This document shows positions 23,670-38,300 of a stretch of 64,000 nt of DNA, one piece after another (the stretch's first letter is position 1; every line of letters starts with the position of its first letter). The stretch comes from Vicugna vicugna. Its lineage: Eukaryota. Location: positions 1,056,001-1,120,000 of the forward strand of contig MU057744.1 of assembly GCA_013265495.1 (NCBI GenBank), given 5' to 3'. Under the pieces are notes generated by a model. The model did not search any database, was not told the DNA's origin, and worked only from the letters and a program-made list of their open reading frames with translations. A program made the translations under genes and the position numbers.

Positions 23670-24891
23670 CCGCCCGCCTGCCCGCTGCAGAAGCTGAAAT
23701 ACAGAGTGGCTTCCGTAACACTGGCCTGGCTGGCGTGCGTCTTCCCGGCACGGCACGGTTCACGTACACTGTTAACTAGTGAGCTTGCAGAGTTCGGTCC
23801 CCGCACTCGGCCATGCCGGGCAGGGCGGCCTCGTGTAGCAGAGTCTGAGTAGCACCTTCTCGCCGTTACCGAGGCCTCTCCCCTCCCCTGGCCTCCCCTG
23901 CTTAGACCCCCTTCACTGAGCGCTCCCCTGCCAGCTGTGTGCTGGCAGCCCCCGGGCTCCCTGCTCTGCTGAGCTCAGACCCTCCTTTGCCATCGCACCA
24001 TTGTTTCCTCTTCAGGCACTACATAAACTCACCAGGGACTTGAGAGAATCACTCTTAAATCACCTAAAGACACTAGCTTACAGGGTGACCGCTCACACCC
24101 AGGCTCAGCCACGTCCCGTAACCAGAAGGACTTGCACCTGGCGGTTTCCTTTAGCACCGTACTTAGCTCTACTAGCTGCAGGCATTACCAAGTCATTAAC
24201 ACGACGAACACCACACAGCACGAGAAGGCGAAAAAAAGCTGTTTGGCAAACAAACCAAATGGCGTTGAGATTTGCCTGATGTCAATCTCAAGGCCTCTGC
24301 TTTCCGCACCAGTAACTGCTCATTTTAGATGCTGGCACTGAGGGTGAGTCAGACGCCTGCACGCACTATACACAAAGTTCAAGGTGGGAGCAAGACGAAT
24401 TCAACGTGTACAGTTTTACGGGAAACAGGGCAACGTCAGGATTAGACTGAGTGACGAGGCAGGCCCCGCCAGGTGACCTCGCCCGGCGAGAGGCAGCGCG
24501 AGCCCGCCCCGTGCAAACCAGCTCAGCCCTGCGCTTCCGAGCGCGGCCCTGTCACTGTTAGCGCCTGAGATCAAAACAGCGTCCCGCTTTGATTAAATCA
24601 GGCCTGTGCCAGCAAGTCGGTGCTGCGCTGCTGGGATGTTTTGTTGCTCTTTGAAGAGAGCTGGCAGGTCTTTGTAGAATTCTTACAGGTCAGGTCTCGT
24701 TGCAGGAAACTTCAGAGGCTTGGGACGGGGAGGTAAACAGCTCAGTCAGATCATCTTATGGTAAATTGCTGGGCTGAACTGGCCAGGATTTGGGAACACT
24801 ATCGTAACAGTTTTTGGTTAGGCGTGATTTGTAATAATAATGTCTATTACCAGTCTTCCAGCACTAATGCTTTCCCACCTTTTCCTGTTAA

Positions 24892-24897
24892 TTTATT
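24892..24897 (-). terminator. Candidate HEATR1 polyadenylation signal (AATAAA on - strand)
   Basis: TTTATT on + strand; first canonical signal I found downstream of the HEATR1 stop. Confidence 0.5.
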
Positions 24898-25462
24898 GTG
24901 CTAAGTTGTGCAAGCTTAAAAAAAAAATGGAGGGGGAACGTTGGGAAAGTTGTGAAAGGCAAGGAGGGGGTAGAATCCCCCAGGGTTATTTTTCCCTTCA
25001 GAAAATAACATCTGATGACATAGGTTTTGGTCTTTTGGACCAAACCTCTTTAAAAACACATCTGATAAAAGCTGAGCTCTTTGCAAAAAAAAAAAAAAAA
25101 AAAAAAACCACCAGAGGGCATGGCAGAAACTGAAGGCCAGTTAGGAGAAAAGGGAAGCCCACTTACATTGTTTTCTCCGTTTGAACAGTGCAGCTTCATT
25201 TTACATGGCTGCATCACTAAGACCTCAGACTGATTCTCTGATAGAGTAAATACAAAATCTTAAGATGTTTTTTGAAAAGAAACATTTCTTAAAGAGAAAA
25301 ATGCACTCACCCACAGCAAGCTCTAACTCCAAACTGCAAACCAGCCTCTGCTGCTCGGTCCTAATTCTGCACCAAACCCTCAGATTAGATCAGGGGCTTT
25401 CAAACTCAGTTTGAACACCTATGGGAGAGTTCTAAGATGCTGTAAATTTTAAAAAGGCATGA

Positions 25463-25494
25463 ATTAAAAAATAAAATGCCTTAAACAAAATAAA
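25463..25494 (+). terminator. Candidate LGALS8 polyadenylation signals
   Basis: ATTAAA 25463, AATAAA 25470-25475 and 25489-25494; a variant ATTAAA also at 24592. Confidence 0.5.
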
Positions 25495-26268
25495 GGCACA
25501 CTGGTTTCATTTTGAGCCCTCACTTTCCAGCCTCACCGTGACACAGCACAGAGATCAGAGAACTTCAAAGCTCTGAAAAAAACTGTCTCATACAAGGCAC
25601 TCCCGGTTAGGCTGCAGTGGAAGCGCGGTCACGGCCGGTCCCGGGAGGCCCGCTTGGCGTCCCCGAGCGTGTCTGGGCCCTCCCCAGTTGTGGGTCAGGC
25701 GGCCGGGGGCGGTGGGGCGGCGTTTGTGAACAAGCCCCACCTCCCCCGCCCCCCAGAGACTGAAAGGGAAAGGAGGCCTCCGCCATCTGGGGCAACGCGC
25801 ACACAGGAAGGTGTCACCCACCCATAACGCAAGTAAAATCCAAACGGCTTTCTAGCCGAGAGCACTTCTGCTGAGTAACCATCACCTCAAGGTAAGGAGA
25901 GAAGTCGGACATGGATACTGCGTACAGAAGACCTTCCTCCACCAGAGAAATCAGGGCCTCCAGCCCGCACGACCCCACTGCCAGCTCCGGGTCTGAAAGG
26001 AGACGCAGGAAACGTTAGCGATCCCGAGGGACGACCACAGCCAACGCTCAGACCATACGGCAGCCCGCACGGGGACAGCACTGTCCTTTACTCGGTGACA
26101 TCTCCACAACCAGCGGGAGGGGCCTGCGCGGGGCACAAACCAGGGGGGAGTTTTGTAAGGAAGTCCGAGGAGGTGTTAAGGCACCAAAAGTAACATGGTC
26201 CTCAACGCTCCAGAGTAAACTGGACGATCTCAACGCGGAACAGAGTCTGAGATACCAAGAGCCGCGTC

Positions 26269-26357
26269 CTAGAAGTAGCTCTGGAGGGGCTCTCCCAGCA
26301 CAGCTTCCAGCCGCTGGACGGTCCTCTGGCACTGGCGTTCCACCTCCTCGCACTCAT
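26269..26357 (-). CDS. HEATR1: HEATR1 last exon (45) coding part
   Basis: ECEEVERQCQRTVQRLEAVLGEPLQSYF*. Confidence 0.95.
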
Positions 26358-29300
26358 CTGCAAGATCGAGACATCGTGTCAGCCCGGCCGCCCCGCCGCC
26401 CCTCCCCGCCCCCTCCTCTCAGCCTGAACCTGACCCCGAACAGCGGTGCCTCCTCCAGGAGGGAGGGGACAGAGGTGCCCGCGCCGGGCTCCAGGCTGGC
26501 GGTGACTTGCTGACTGGGTCCCCTGCCCCCCCACTCAACAGGCCGCACTCACTCCTGGGCTGCGCAGTGGCACTGTGCTCGCAGGGCCATGTCAGGAACT
26601 GCACAAATCTGGGCTGAGATCCCAGGCCCACACTCAGTTCATCAGGTCGCCTAACCCTTTCAAGCCCCTACTTTCTGTGTGAGGCAGGGGCACGTGCCTC
26701 GTCATGAGGCCTGACGGGGTCACTGGCGGAGAGCGCCGGGGAGATGCTGCTCAGTGACAGGGAGGCTCCCTGCTGCATCCTAGGCAGCGCTGGACGTTTC
26801 CCTGTGGTCAGCCCCACGCCCAGGGACCCGGGCAGTCAGCCACAGAGGTGGACGAGGTCACAGGAGAGCAGCACCCCATGGGCACTGTCGGCGCAGCCCG
26901 GGAGCGAGGATGAGTGACGGTGTCACACCGGGAACCATCCCCGAGGGCTGAGGCGTGGCTCTCACCCAGCCCCCCCACACACACACCAGGAACGGGCCTC
27001 AGCCCTGCAGCGGGGCAGGGGGCTGGCCCGAGACCCAGCCACATCACACCCCAGTCTGCATCCTCAGCGAGCACATTTCCACAGGACTGTACGGTCATCA
27101 CTTCTGAATAGTTTGAGAATTACCTTCCATCAACTCAGCTAAGAAAGGAATGGATTCTGGCAGCAAGACGATATAGTTCTCTTTCAGTTTTTCAGCCACT
27201 GCTAACACAGTAATCAGAGCAGCAAATCGAACCTGAAAGGGATAAAAAGGTGAAGAATGTTTAAAAAGCTAGTATTTCTGCATTTATTACTTTATGACCT
27301 AAACTGAGACAAAGTGAATTTTAAACTCAGTGTTATTTCACATGTGTTTCACTGTGTCCATTCAGCCAGCACCTCAGGTCCCCACGTGACAGGTGGGACC
27401 CGCGGATGCTGTGGGCAACCTTACAGATCAGTGTTTTCCAACTGTGTCCTCGTGCTGCAGGCCTTCCATGTGGATGTCTTTTTATAACATTTTCCTTAAA
27501 AAAAAAAGCTGGTCGCCCTCCTTCTGGTTTGGGGCAGTTTAAAGGATATTTGGATGCAGTAAAGTGAGCTGTTTAAAAACGTATTTGTAACTGCGTGTGG
27601 TCAACCAGGATTTTCTTGGTGTTGTACTGTAAAAGAAATTTAATTTAATACTGCAACTTTCCAAGAACCCACAGTTTAAAATTCGGGGGTCCGTCGAAAT
27701 GGTCTCATTCTTTTCCTTACTTCCCAATGTTATGAATTTCGAGTAATAAATCCATTACTTAAATGCTGCTTTGGTTGTCTCACCCACTGGGCTTTGACTG
27801 TGGTCACCGTTAGTCTGAAACAGCAGACGCTTGGAGTCTGAGCTCCGGTTCGCCCTCCCCGCCCCCCAGACACAACCGGACAGGACGCCGCCAGTCCAAG
27901 GAGCGCTCTAGATAGACTGGGAGCATCTGTCTCTGGAAGCACTACATTTAAATGGTGCTTAAAAAACACGAGGCATTGAAGTCCTTTGGGCACTTTCGGA
28001 CCCGTGTCTAACACCGTGGGGGTGACAAGGCCACTGCTACTTGTAAACGGCCTGTGAGTGACAAGCAGACGCTCCCGGCCGGACGACCAGCACCGGACCA
28101 CGCCCGGCCTCGGTGCCGCCCGCCGCCGCGCACCTTGGGCGAGGAGTCTCTGGTCTTGAGCAGAATCTGGTAGTTGAGTGGCTTCCAGAGGGAGTCGTCG
28201 GCCACAGCCACGGAGAACTGTGCGATGCACGGGACCAGGTGCCGCGTCACCCGCTCCTGGAACCTCTCCTCTCCCCCGAGCCTGTTTTCCAGCTGTGAAT
28301 GGAGAGACAGGCTCTGAGCAGAGGGCATCACTGCTGTCTGAGAAAACGCCCAACGTACGAACGGCGCTCCGCCATCCTTCCTGAGGTCAGCAGGCTCGGA
28401 GCCAGGGCCATTTATTCTAACTTACCACCTCCGCTGACCTCAAACAGAATCTCAGCCCCTGGCACCACCCCTCCCTCTGCGGGACGTCCGAGAGGAGTTC
28501 TTCCAGAGGCAGCCGCACCCCGACAGTCCCAGTGGAGCCGGGTTTTAAGAATTAAACATTTAACTCATAGACCTTATCTCATGCCTCTTACCTGAAAAAT
28601 TCAAAAGTAAAACCTAGTAGATGCCACCATGAAGATAGGTTTCATTCATGAGAAATGAGAAACCAGTTTTGAAATAAGCTCATAAAAAGGAAGAAAAACA
28701 GCCCAGCGAGCCGTCACCCTGGCAGACGGAACACCCACAGACGCGTTCCAGCCGCGGCTTCCGCACCTTTAACAAGACGGCAGCAGCTGCTCACCTGATC
28801 CACCAGCGGCGTCATCAAGGCCTCTGCTCTCTCTTTACTTATGAAATGCTGGGTGTCAAAAAGGAAGATTTTATACAAGCAGTTCAAAATAAACTGCAGT
28901 AGCAGGCAGCACTTTTCAGGGTCATTTTCAGAGTCAAAAAACGCTTCGTCTGTAGATAAGAGAGTAAAAATGGAAACAAAAAACTGAATTTCACAATTTA
29001 ATCTCTGGTGTGTAATTTCAAATCACAATGAAAAGAGCTGTGATCAGAAGGTATTTCTAAGATGATCTGGAAATCCATCAGGATGAGGCAGAACACAACG
29101 AACAGCAGCCTCTCAGGGAGGGGCCCCTCCTCCAGACCTGGTGGGAGTGTGTGAAGACAGCTGAGTCTGGCCGGTCACATCACAGCTGTCAAGTGCGCTG
29201 CGCGTTAGCATTAAAGAACAAATCAACCTGAGCTTTAAGGTTTCACAGTTAACTCCCAATAACATTTGAACATCTGTTTATCCTTTCTCCTCAGTAAGTC

Positions 29301-32300
29301 AGTTAATTCACAGCATGCGGAGACACCTCAGCGTCTGACACCTGACTCAGAAGAACCCAGCCCGGTACTCACTGTACGCTGTGTGGGGTGCACAGGGCAA
29401 GGGCGCCAACTGACCTGGAGTCAGCTACCAACCTGTTTTGGAGATGTTCACCTGGTTCAAGGTGTCAGCAAAGGGCTTCACTAGGTGGCCGGCAAACAGG
29501 GTGAAGAGCCCTTTGAGCGTGCCAGCGATGCGGTCCGCCAGGTTGCAGAACGTCAGCAGCCTGTCCTTCGGGGCGTCCTCCGCTCTGGCCCAGTCAGACA
29601 GCTGCGAGGACGCAGTGGCGTCAGCTCCCCTCAGACTGGGCTGCCGCCACACGAGCACCGAGGCGGCGCGGGGGAGAAGGCTCACCTTGAAGAACAGGGG
29701 TCTGAACGTAACCTCGGAGAGTTTCACCACCATGGCGACCAGACAGTCAACGATATGGTTCTCTGTCTTCCCAACTTCCTCCAGGTCACTCTAAAAACAG
29801 GAGTGTTGATTCAGTAGAGTCCTGACATCTGCAAGCCGTGCAGACAGCCAGGCTGCTCTCTGGCCCCCAGCTCTGGGGCCCAGGGCAGCGGCAGCCAGCC
29901 TACCTCGGCGTGCTGGGCTCGGAAGTCCAGGGCCTCCAGGAAGAAGGCGGTGAGCTGCGGCTGGTGGGAGGCCAGCTCCTCCTTCTTCATGACTCCGAGA
30001 TGCTCACGCAGGATGCTCATGCACGGGCCCAAGTGACTCTAACACACAGTCGAGAGAGGAGCCCCCTTTTAGTTCATTAATGCATTTCTAATGGGATTAA
30101 ATAACCACATTCTTCTTTAAGTGACAACTGAAAAATGTCGGTGCTGTACCCGCCTCCCCCAAAGCCAGACGCCTGGATAATCTAACCTTCCAGGTCTTCT
30201 CAATCTGCCTGTATGTTTTGCTGGCGGCTGGCAGGAAGACTCGGGGTGACAGAGTGCCAGCCAGTGTCTTTTTAAGGGACACGAGACGGACATTAGCCTG
30301 GGAGGCAGCGCCCAGCTTGCTGGTGATTTTCTCCACATGAATCACCTGCAGGAACAGGAAAACGACTATCAGGGCCGCCGCGGGAACCCGCCACAGATGG
30401 CTGTCCACGGACTCACAGGCCGCGGTGACCAGGTGAGGCCGATCCGAACGGCACGACCGGGCAAGCCCGGGGCAGCGGGGCCACACACGGCACTCCTGCA
30501 GCCAAGCCTGAACGTCTGCAGATAAAAGCGGACAGGCGCCTGGTCCCACGGGGGTCAGGGCCGTGGCACACGGTGGCCAGAGGGACACAGAGCACTCAGG
30601 ACAATGGTCTCGGAGGACGGGGCCCAGGGGCTGCGAGGAGAGTCGGGTTCTTCTTGGCTGAAACCCAGAAGGCTCCCCGGGGGAGCGGTCTCCTTCTCTG
30701 ACAAGCCCACTTCCGAGGCCTGACCCCGCTCAGTCACTCGCGTCGTGACAGTTAAGGCTCCTGACCTCAAATGGCCAATGGTCAACAGGACAGGGATCAA
30801 CGGGGGGCCATTCTTGGGAACTTTCCTTCTGCTACAAATGCCACCGGCCTGCTGGCTATCCGCAGGCATCCCGCTCGGCAGACACCGCAGGGCTGAGACG
30901 CTCCATGCTGGACACAAGCAGGGCACTGGCTTGCAGAGGAAGCAAAGTGCAGAGCTCACAGGGGGACAAATGCGGGGAGACACATTCTGCAGCATGGAGA
31001 GGGAGGAGCCTCACACAGCGACACCCGCGCGGACGGCCTGGCCGAGCGGGAGGGACAAGGGATGTGAGAAAAAAGGCCCACGCTTGGGAGAAACAAGCGC
31101 ACCTCTACAGAAGTAAACCCTCCTGCCGTGCTCGGCCCCTGCCCCCCGCCCCGGCCCGGCCCGGCTCACCTGCAGCAGGATGCCTTCCAGGTAGGGGCTG
31201 AGGAAATGCGGCAGGGTCTCCGCCACCTTCTGCAGGGCCGCCAGGGCGCTGAGCAGGTAGGGCTCGCCCGCCGCCAGCTCGCAGGCGTTCTTCATGGCTG
31301 TCAGCAGCGATGGCATCAGGCTGGAAGGAAGGACCAGGCTTCAGGGGACTTCGAACAGACACGGAAAACGGAGGAGGGGCAGAGGCCATCACGACCACGG
31401 CCACACAGCTGTGCCCGGGACACCTCTGGTGCCACAGCCTCACACGTCCACACCTTGGACACGACCACAAGCCAGAGTCTCCCAGGGCCGACAGCACTGG
31501 CCCAGCCGTCACCTTGAAAAGTGACAGCGTCCTACAGCACAGCGAGCTGCGTTCAGTGTCTTGTGATCACCTAGAAGACTATGACCAATCACAGACTTAC
31601 GTATATAAAAAGCGAGTCACTTCGCTGAACCCCTGGAACTAACACAACACTGTAAACCAACTACACTTCAATAAAAAAAAGTAAAAGAAAAAGAAAAACA
31701 GTGTCTTCCAACCGTGTGGACGGCCAAGGTGTGAGAGGCCCAGCAGCCGGCCCAGCAGCCTGCCCGCGGCCGCATGGCGGCCAGCGCTGTGGCCAGAGGG
31801 CCCGGCTCGCTGTGCTCCCGGGGGGAGGGTCGCCCCTTAAGCAATCAGCTCCTAAGCTCCTGCCGAGAGGCGGGGACGCCCGCGCCGCCCGGCCCGGCCT
31901 ACCTGGGCAGCTGGGGGACGGCCAGCGCCCGCAGTGTGGACACGGCCTCCGCCGCACACAGCAGCGCGCCGCCCAGGACGTGCCGCTCCTCCTTGGCTTC
32001 AGGAGCCAACAGCCTCGCGGCAGCGCTCAACACAGAGACAAAAGGCTGCGGGTCCTCAGCACCGAAGTTCCTGCACAGGAGCTTCAGGGAGAACAGGGCT
32101 GTCTGTCTGTTCACTGGCGGCTCCTCCAGCGTCTTTCTTCTGCGCTTCACGAAGGCCAGGAGGACGGGGACCAGCTCGAGGAAGTGGCAAACCTGGGGAG
32201 GGGCCACGACCCCGAGTGAGTGCAGCTGCCAGCGGAGCACGAGCCCCCCACCCCCACCCCGCCTCTGCTGCTCGGTCTTGACGGAAGTCGGACCGAGACG

Positions 32301-35300
32301 CTCTAAGCCTCGCGATCATGCAGAAGCCGCTGCTCCTCCATCTGCTCTATAGCCGGTGAGCGACTGCGCGCACTTGCGGCCGAGCCTGTGTTTACAGAAC
32401 GCGCCCTGCCTCGTCCGGAGTGGGAGGGGGTTCGAATTGTGCTCAAGTTTAGGCAACGTGCGGCCCACACCAAGCAAGACCCCTACCGGGCTGGACTTGC
32501 AGCCTAAGGGCTCTCCTGTCGGAATTCACACCCCACACTGAACACACGCGGGGCCCCGCACCGCACTCGGAGGGCCGGGCGCTCATCTGGCCTGCAGCCC
32601 TGGGGAAACCCGAGGGAGTCCTGGGCGGCTGGGGCCGCCGCCGCGCGGGCAGCACTCACGGTCTGCCGCTTCCAGGAGGCGCCGTGCTGCAGCTTGCTGT
32701 TCAGAAGGTCCAGAGCTTTCCGGCGGACGGACGGCAGTGGGCTCTCCAGCAGCCCCCGGATCACAGGGACGAAGGCTTCAGTGGGCAGCAGGGCGTTGAC
32801 CTACGCGGCAGTGTTACGTTTAACAAACGGGGAAAGTCACAGCAGAGGGACGCTCACGGCTGACAGCCCTCCACCCGCTGCACGCCTTCCAGGCACCAGG
32901 CGTTTTCACGCCTTCCCTTATCTGGTTCTTACGCTGGCCTTTCAGGTAGGCAGTGCTGACCACATTTGCTACACAGACAGTAATAAAGCGTGCTGACAGC
33001 AAGTGAGCCGCTCAGCACCACGTGGCGCCTTCAGCCAGACCTGAGCCAGCGACCCCAACGTCACAGGCCCCACGGGGCTTTCTCTCTCGCCCCACCTGAA
33101 GGCAGCGGGACGCTGTCTAGCCAGACACGGCTTAACACGTGAAGCGTCGTATTCACTGAGGCACATGTTCTCAGTTGATATGGAATCAAATGTTTTCAGA
33201 GAAAATGGCTTCTAGTCATCAAGAGATTCTCTTCCAAGAAAAATCTTGAGCTGCATTATATTAAGAAAAGCTACTGCTAAGTTTACTCTTAAGCTAAAAC
33301 TTCTGCTAGATGATGTTGCAATGGCAGAGAGCAGCAAAGGCACCGAGCAGGCAGGAAGCGGGGGCGCACCTTGTCCAGCAGGTCGTAGGCCTTGCTGAGG
33401 AGGGCTCGCCAGAACTTGCCCGTCAGCTTGTCCGTGTTCCTCTCCAGGGACTGCGCCACCGCGTCTATGTAGCCCAGGACGGCCTCCAGCAACCTAGGAC
33501 ACGGGGCGCTCAGAGGCCTGCGCCGGGCCCCGGCTCTCTGACAGTGTGAAACCACCTCCAAGTGAACATTAGAGAAGGGAAAGCAACGTACCTCTGTTCG
33601 AGGCCGGCCAGCGCCTGGGGGCCACCACTCTCCACCACCTGGGTTTAGAGACGGAATCGTCAGAACAGCCCGGAAGCCGGTAATAAAGACTCACTGGAAG
33701 AAGCGCAGGGACACCTCCCAGTGCCTCCCAACGTCGCAGCGTAACCAGGCTCAGACCAGCCCACCACACGTGACAATGCCACTTCCCTCATTCACACGCT
33801 TCCCGCTGATTCTGATCCCATCCTAAGATACTCAGAATATCTGCAAAGTACTACAAAGACTGAGAAAAATACAGCAAATGAATGACTTTCCTTTACCCAC
33901 CAGCTTTACGGAGAGCCCATCTTTCCTTAGCGGTGTCTGACTCTAGCTGCTCCCCCCAGGCCCCCACCTCTGACCCCAGGCCCCACACCGGACCCAGCCA
34001 TTCAAGGCTGTCAGAGACCACACGCCAGCCAACAACACGCCTTCCTGATCACACTGGGTTTGAGACCTGTCTCTGGACTTGAGTTGTTCTGGGCCACTGG
34101 TTTAACCGCACACAGCGCCCTCTGTACACAACACAACTTACATCTTTGTTCACTTCTGTTCGTAGACATTTAGTTTATGGCCACTTTTGTTCTTCTAATA
34201 ACAGCGCTAAGAAAGCACGTTTCTCCCTGAGCATCTGGCAAGTTTTGTAGAAAAAGGGGAACCATGAGACCACAGCAGGTGGGCGTCTTCAACACGCCTG
34301 GACGCCGCCCAGTGCCCGGTGCTGTCTGAAGGCGCTGTCCTGACTCCCGCTGCCCATCGCCGCCCACAAACACCTGTCCCCCGGTCCTGCCACCCCTGAG
34401 CACTTAGGATTCCTGCCAGTTGGATGAACACCACAGTGGCACCTCATTTCACCTGCATTTCCCTTCCTACCAGGGTGGCTGATTCGTCACACTGGCCACC
34501 TGTGAGTCCTCGAGTGAATCCATTTCTTTGCCGTTTGTTCTCACAGAAACTGAGGCTTTCTCATTTACCCACGGCAGCAGCTTTTTAGCCTGCAGCTTTC
34601 CTTTCATGTTTACGGAGACTTTTTGTTGTTGTTTTGAAGAAATTCTCCTCCATCCCCCAGGTATGCTTCCCTAGAGTTTCTTCTCAGAGAAGCACTGCTT
34701 CTCACACAGGCGGTTTCATCCACCTGAGCTCTCGTTTACACGTGAACAAAGCCGTCCAAGCTCCACCCTGCACAGCTGCCTCCCCGCTGCTCAGTGGTGC
34801 CCGCCCGCAGCACCATGTCCCCTGCACCGCGTGGGCGCCCACTGCCGTGCAGCCCGCGCCCCCTGGGCCCCGGAGCGCCTGCCCGACGCGGCGTGGGAGC
34901 CACACTGACCGCCCGTGAGCTCGCGGGGCCGGCATCAGGGCTGCGTGTTTGTTAGTTCTTTCCTTTTCATTTCTTTGGCCAAATGGGACAGTGACAGAGG
35001 GCGCCTGGCTCCCGGCTGTAACGGGCTCATCCCGAGGCTGCCGTAAACCAAAGGCTTCCAAGGAGCCACCTTCCCAGGCCGAGTTCTGCCCCCACGTGCT
35101 GAGCGCTGCTGCCCTTCCACCGAGAGTCCTGAGCTCACAGAGTCACTTCTCTGTCAGCATTTCCCTCCCAGCAGCTCACGCACCGAGCGAGGTGCGGTAC
35201 AGGTGAACGTCACGGCCTTCCTGGAATCCTGGTCGCCGTCCAGACCCCTCTTTCTGCCGCTTCCCAGTGCTGCATGCACAGCAGGTGCGCAGTGCATCTG

Positions 35301-38300
35301 CGCAGAGCCCACCGCACTCGGGTCAAGAAGCAGCAAAGCTCTCAGCACCGCAGGCTCCCTCCTCCACTCGACACCCGGCCCTCCCCCTCCTGCCCAAAGA
35401 CGGACACCACCGTTACCCCCAGAACCGCAGGTCTGCCTGCCTGTTTCTGAACATCACAGGACTGGAGTCACCGGATGCATTCTTTTGGGACTGGCTTCTT
35501 TCCTTTGATGTCACGTTGACGGGAGTCTGCAGATGGCTGAGTGTCCCCATGTCCATTTACGATGACGGACACTGCCCGCGCCACGGCTGAGGGACACCGG
35601 GTGCTGCCAGCCCCAGGCCACCGTGAGTACTGCTGTCGAGAACAGCCGTGCACTCCCGTGGGCAGCCGCCGCTCGGTGACAGAATTACTGAGCCACGGGG
35701 TTTGGGGGCTCGGCACGACAGGAGGCCATGCCAAGCCGTCTCTCCTGTCAGTCCTCTATTACTCTTAAAGGCACGCCTCAGGTTTCCATGAGATACCCGC
35801 CAAGCTACTTTCACCACTTAAAGCACAGTTCCCTTAGAAAAACCAAAACTGTACCACCAACACACATGAAGAACACCTCACCTTTCTGAGGAAGCTGCTG
35901 GAGGCCAGGAGCTGAGCCATGAAGGACACGGACAGGAAGGTGATGTGTCGCAGCTGCTTGGCGGTGTGCGCGCCCACGGCCAGAACGCGTAGCGGCTCCT
36001 CCTGGGACTCACTCCTGCTGGGGCCCGGCGCGGGCGCGGCTTCTGAAAAGGGCAGCAGAGCAGGAGGCCTCACTCAGCCGCAACCCCGGCTCCACAGAGA
36101 CAACGAGCGCGGTGAATGGGTTGTTCCGGGGAGGCCTGTTCACCTGTCACACGCAGTTTCTCCCCTTTGACATCAGTGACAGAGGGGAGGACACGTACCA
36201 GGGAAGTACCCAACAGTCCAGGGAACAGAGCACGCAAGACAAACCAAACCAAAGGCGGGGTGACCGAGACACGCAAGGGAAAGGGGGCCTCCAGGTACCG
36301 GCTCCACAGCCAGCTTCTGAGGCCGCCAGGCACCCCCTTTCGTGGCCCCACTGACTGGAGGGCCTCCCTCGGCGTCAACGTTTAATTCTCAAAGCTGGGG
36401 ACGTGCGTCCTCCCACGGTTGAGGGGACCTAACATAAAAGGGGGTGCAGTGCCCCGGCGGGGGGGTCTGTGGTAGGCACGTGGACTCCACTTCCTAGGGA
36501 GCGACACTAGCACCCACCGCAGGCACCGCCTGGGTCCCCCCTACACCCGGGCGTCGGGAGGATGGGGCGAGGGGCCACGGGGCAAGGGGCTGCTGCCTGG
36601 AGCACCGACATGGCGCCTTTAGAGCCTTCTCCCTGACGCACCTCACCGCTCTGCGCCAGACGGCACAGAGCAAAGAAAACTCCTAACAGGTCCACCTGCT
36701 CTTAAGCATTTCACTGGTGGGGTGAGCCGCGGTGTTTTCTTCAAGACCCCCACTTGATAAAATTGTAGTAAAGTTGCCACTGCTGTGGTACTTGTTTTTT
36801 CCTGCTTGTAATTATCTTTACACATTTTTGGTGGGGGGGGGGTGGTGGGAGGTAATTAGGTTTCTGTATTTTTAAATTAATTTTTTATTTTATTTTTTAG
36901 TGGAGGCACTGGGGACTGAACCTCAGCTCTGCCCCTGAGCCACAGCCTCCCATCTTTGCATAAGTTTAACAGGAAGCTGTGACACAGCCAGCAGGTCCTG
37001 CTAACCTGCTGTCATTTCCCTAATTCACCCAGACACCTGCTCCTCCACAGCGACACGCCAGCACGAGGCACCAAGGTGTGAAAGCCGGAGAGAGAACGGC
37101 CAGAAGCACTACTAATTTCCATGAGGACTTGAGAAGGTTTGCACCAGACTCGTTACAGACCAGACACTCAGTCTACACAGTCCTTCGGAAGACGCACTGC
37201 AGGTCCGGAGCACGAGCCCACTGCCCTCTGCGCCCGTCGCGGGAGCCCCAGGCTACACGGTACCCACCGTCTGATCGTTGCCCACCTTCCTGGTCCTCTG
37301 GCAGCTGCACCAAGTACTGGAGGACATTCATCACGCTCTGTATCTGATGCTGGACACTAAATTCACAACAGACTGAAATCCAAAACTCAGTGTCGGCCTC
37401 CAGAACCGCGTCCTGCGCAGAGAAGAGGGCAGGTAAGAAGCTGCACCACTCAGGCTCGTGTTACTCAATAGGACAGAGAAGGGAGACGCTTTAACAGTTC
37501 TTAGCACACAGAGCTGCTCTACACTGTCCCTGCGGTTGTGTGTGTGGCCTTAGGAATCAGTGAACGAGCTCCTGACATAAAAAAACCAACTGGGGAGAAC
37601 CATGGGGCCCGGTTCCAGGATAAAGCGCTTCATGACTTCCGGAGAAAGGAGCGCCACTTCACTGGCAGTGGGTTCTAGGTCTCTTCGCAGAGCCACGTCC
37701 AAGGATTCACTTAAAAACAGCCCTGGACTGAGCAGCTCTACCCCGCCTCTCAGCAGCGCTCTTCAGACAGTCATCTGTGTCTTCACTGAGCTGAGTGACA
37801 CCCACCCTCCTCCCCTTCCCCCTGAAATGCCTTCAAAACCACGTTCAAGGGACGCAGTTTAATCACTGCACAGCCTGAACCAGAATGCCCAGCATGGCAC
37901 CGGCCCTGTTTCTAGAAACGTCAGGTCAGCCCAGGAGAAGTCCTGCGGCCCAAGGGTGCTCAGAGGGCCTCGGGCTCTGACAGCAACATCAAGGGAGGCC
38001 ACAAACTTGTCTGAAAGCAGTTCTGATCAAGCACCCCCTCCACCCTGTTTACAGCGGAGAGTGACCCGAAACCTGAAACAGCGCCACTTCCCACTTCCCT
38101 CCCCATCAGCCCACCCTGTTCTGACCTTCTCTCCGCCGGCCACCACCTGTGCTGTTTTGGTGACATACTGCTCAAAGAGCAGGACGAGGAGAACCCAGAG
38201 GAATCGCTCTGCCCCCAGGGTGTCAGTCAGCTGTGCGAGGACCGGCAGCCGCCTGTGCTCCGGGACGTGGGGCAGCGCGTCCACAAACACGCCGACGATC

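Noticed and set aside
25085..25107. A23 run as a retroposon tail or real poly(A) site
   Set aside because: No recognisable element or TSD upstream; a simple homopolymer and likely internal-priming artefact source
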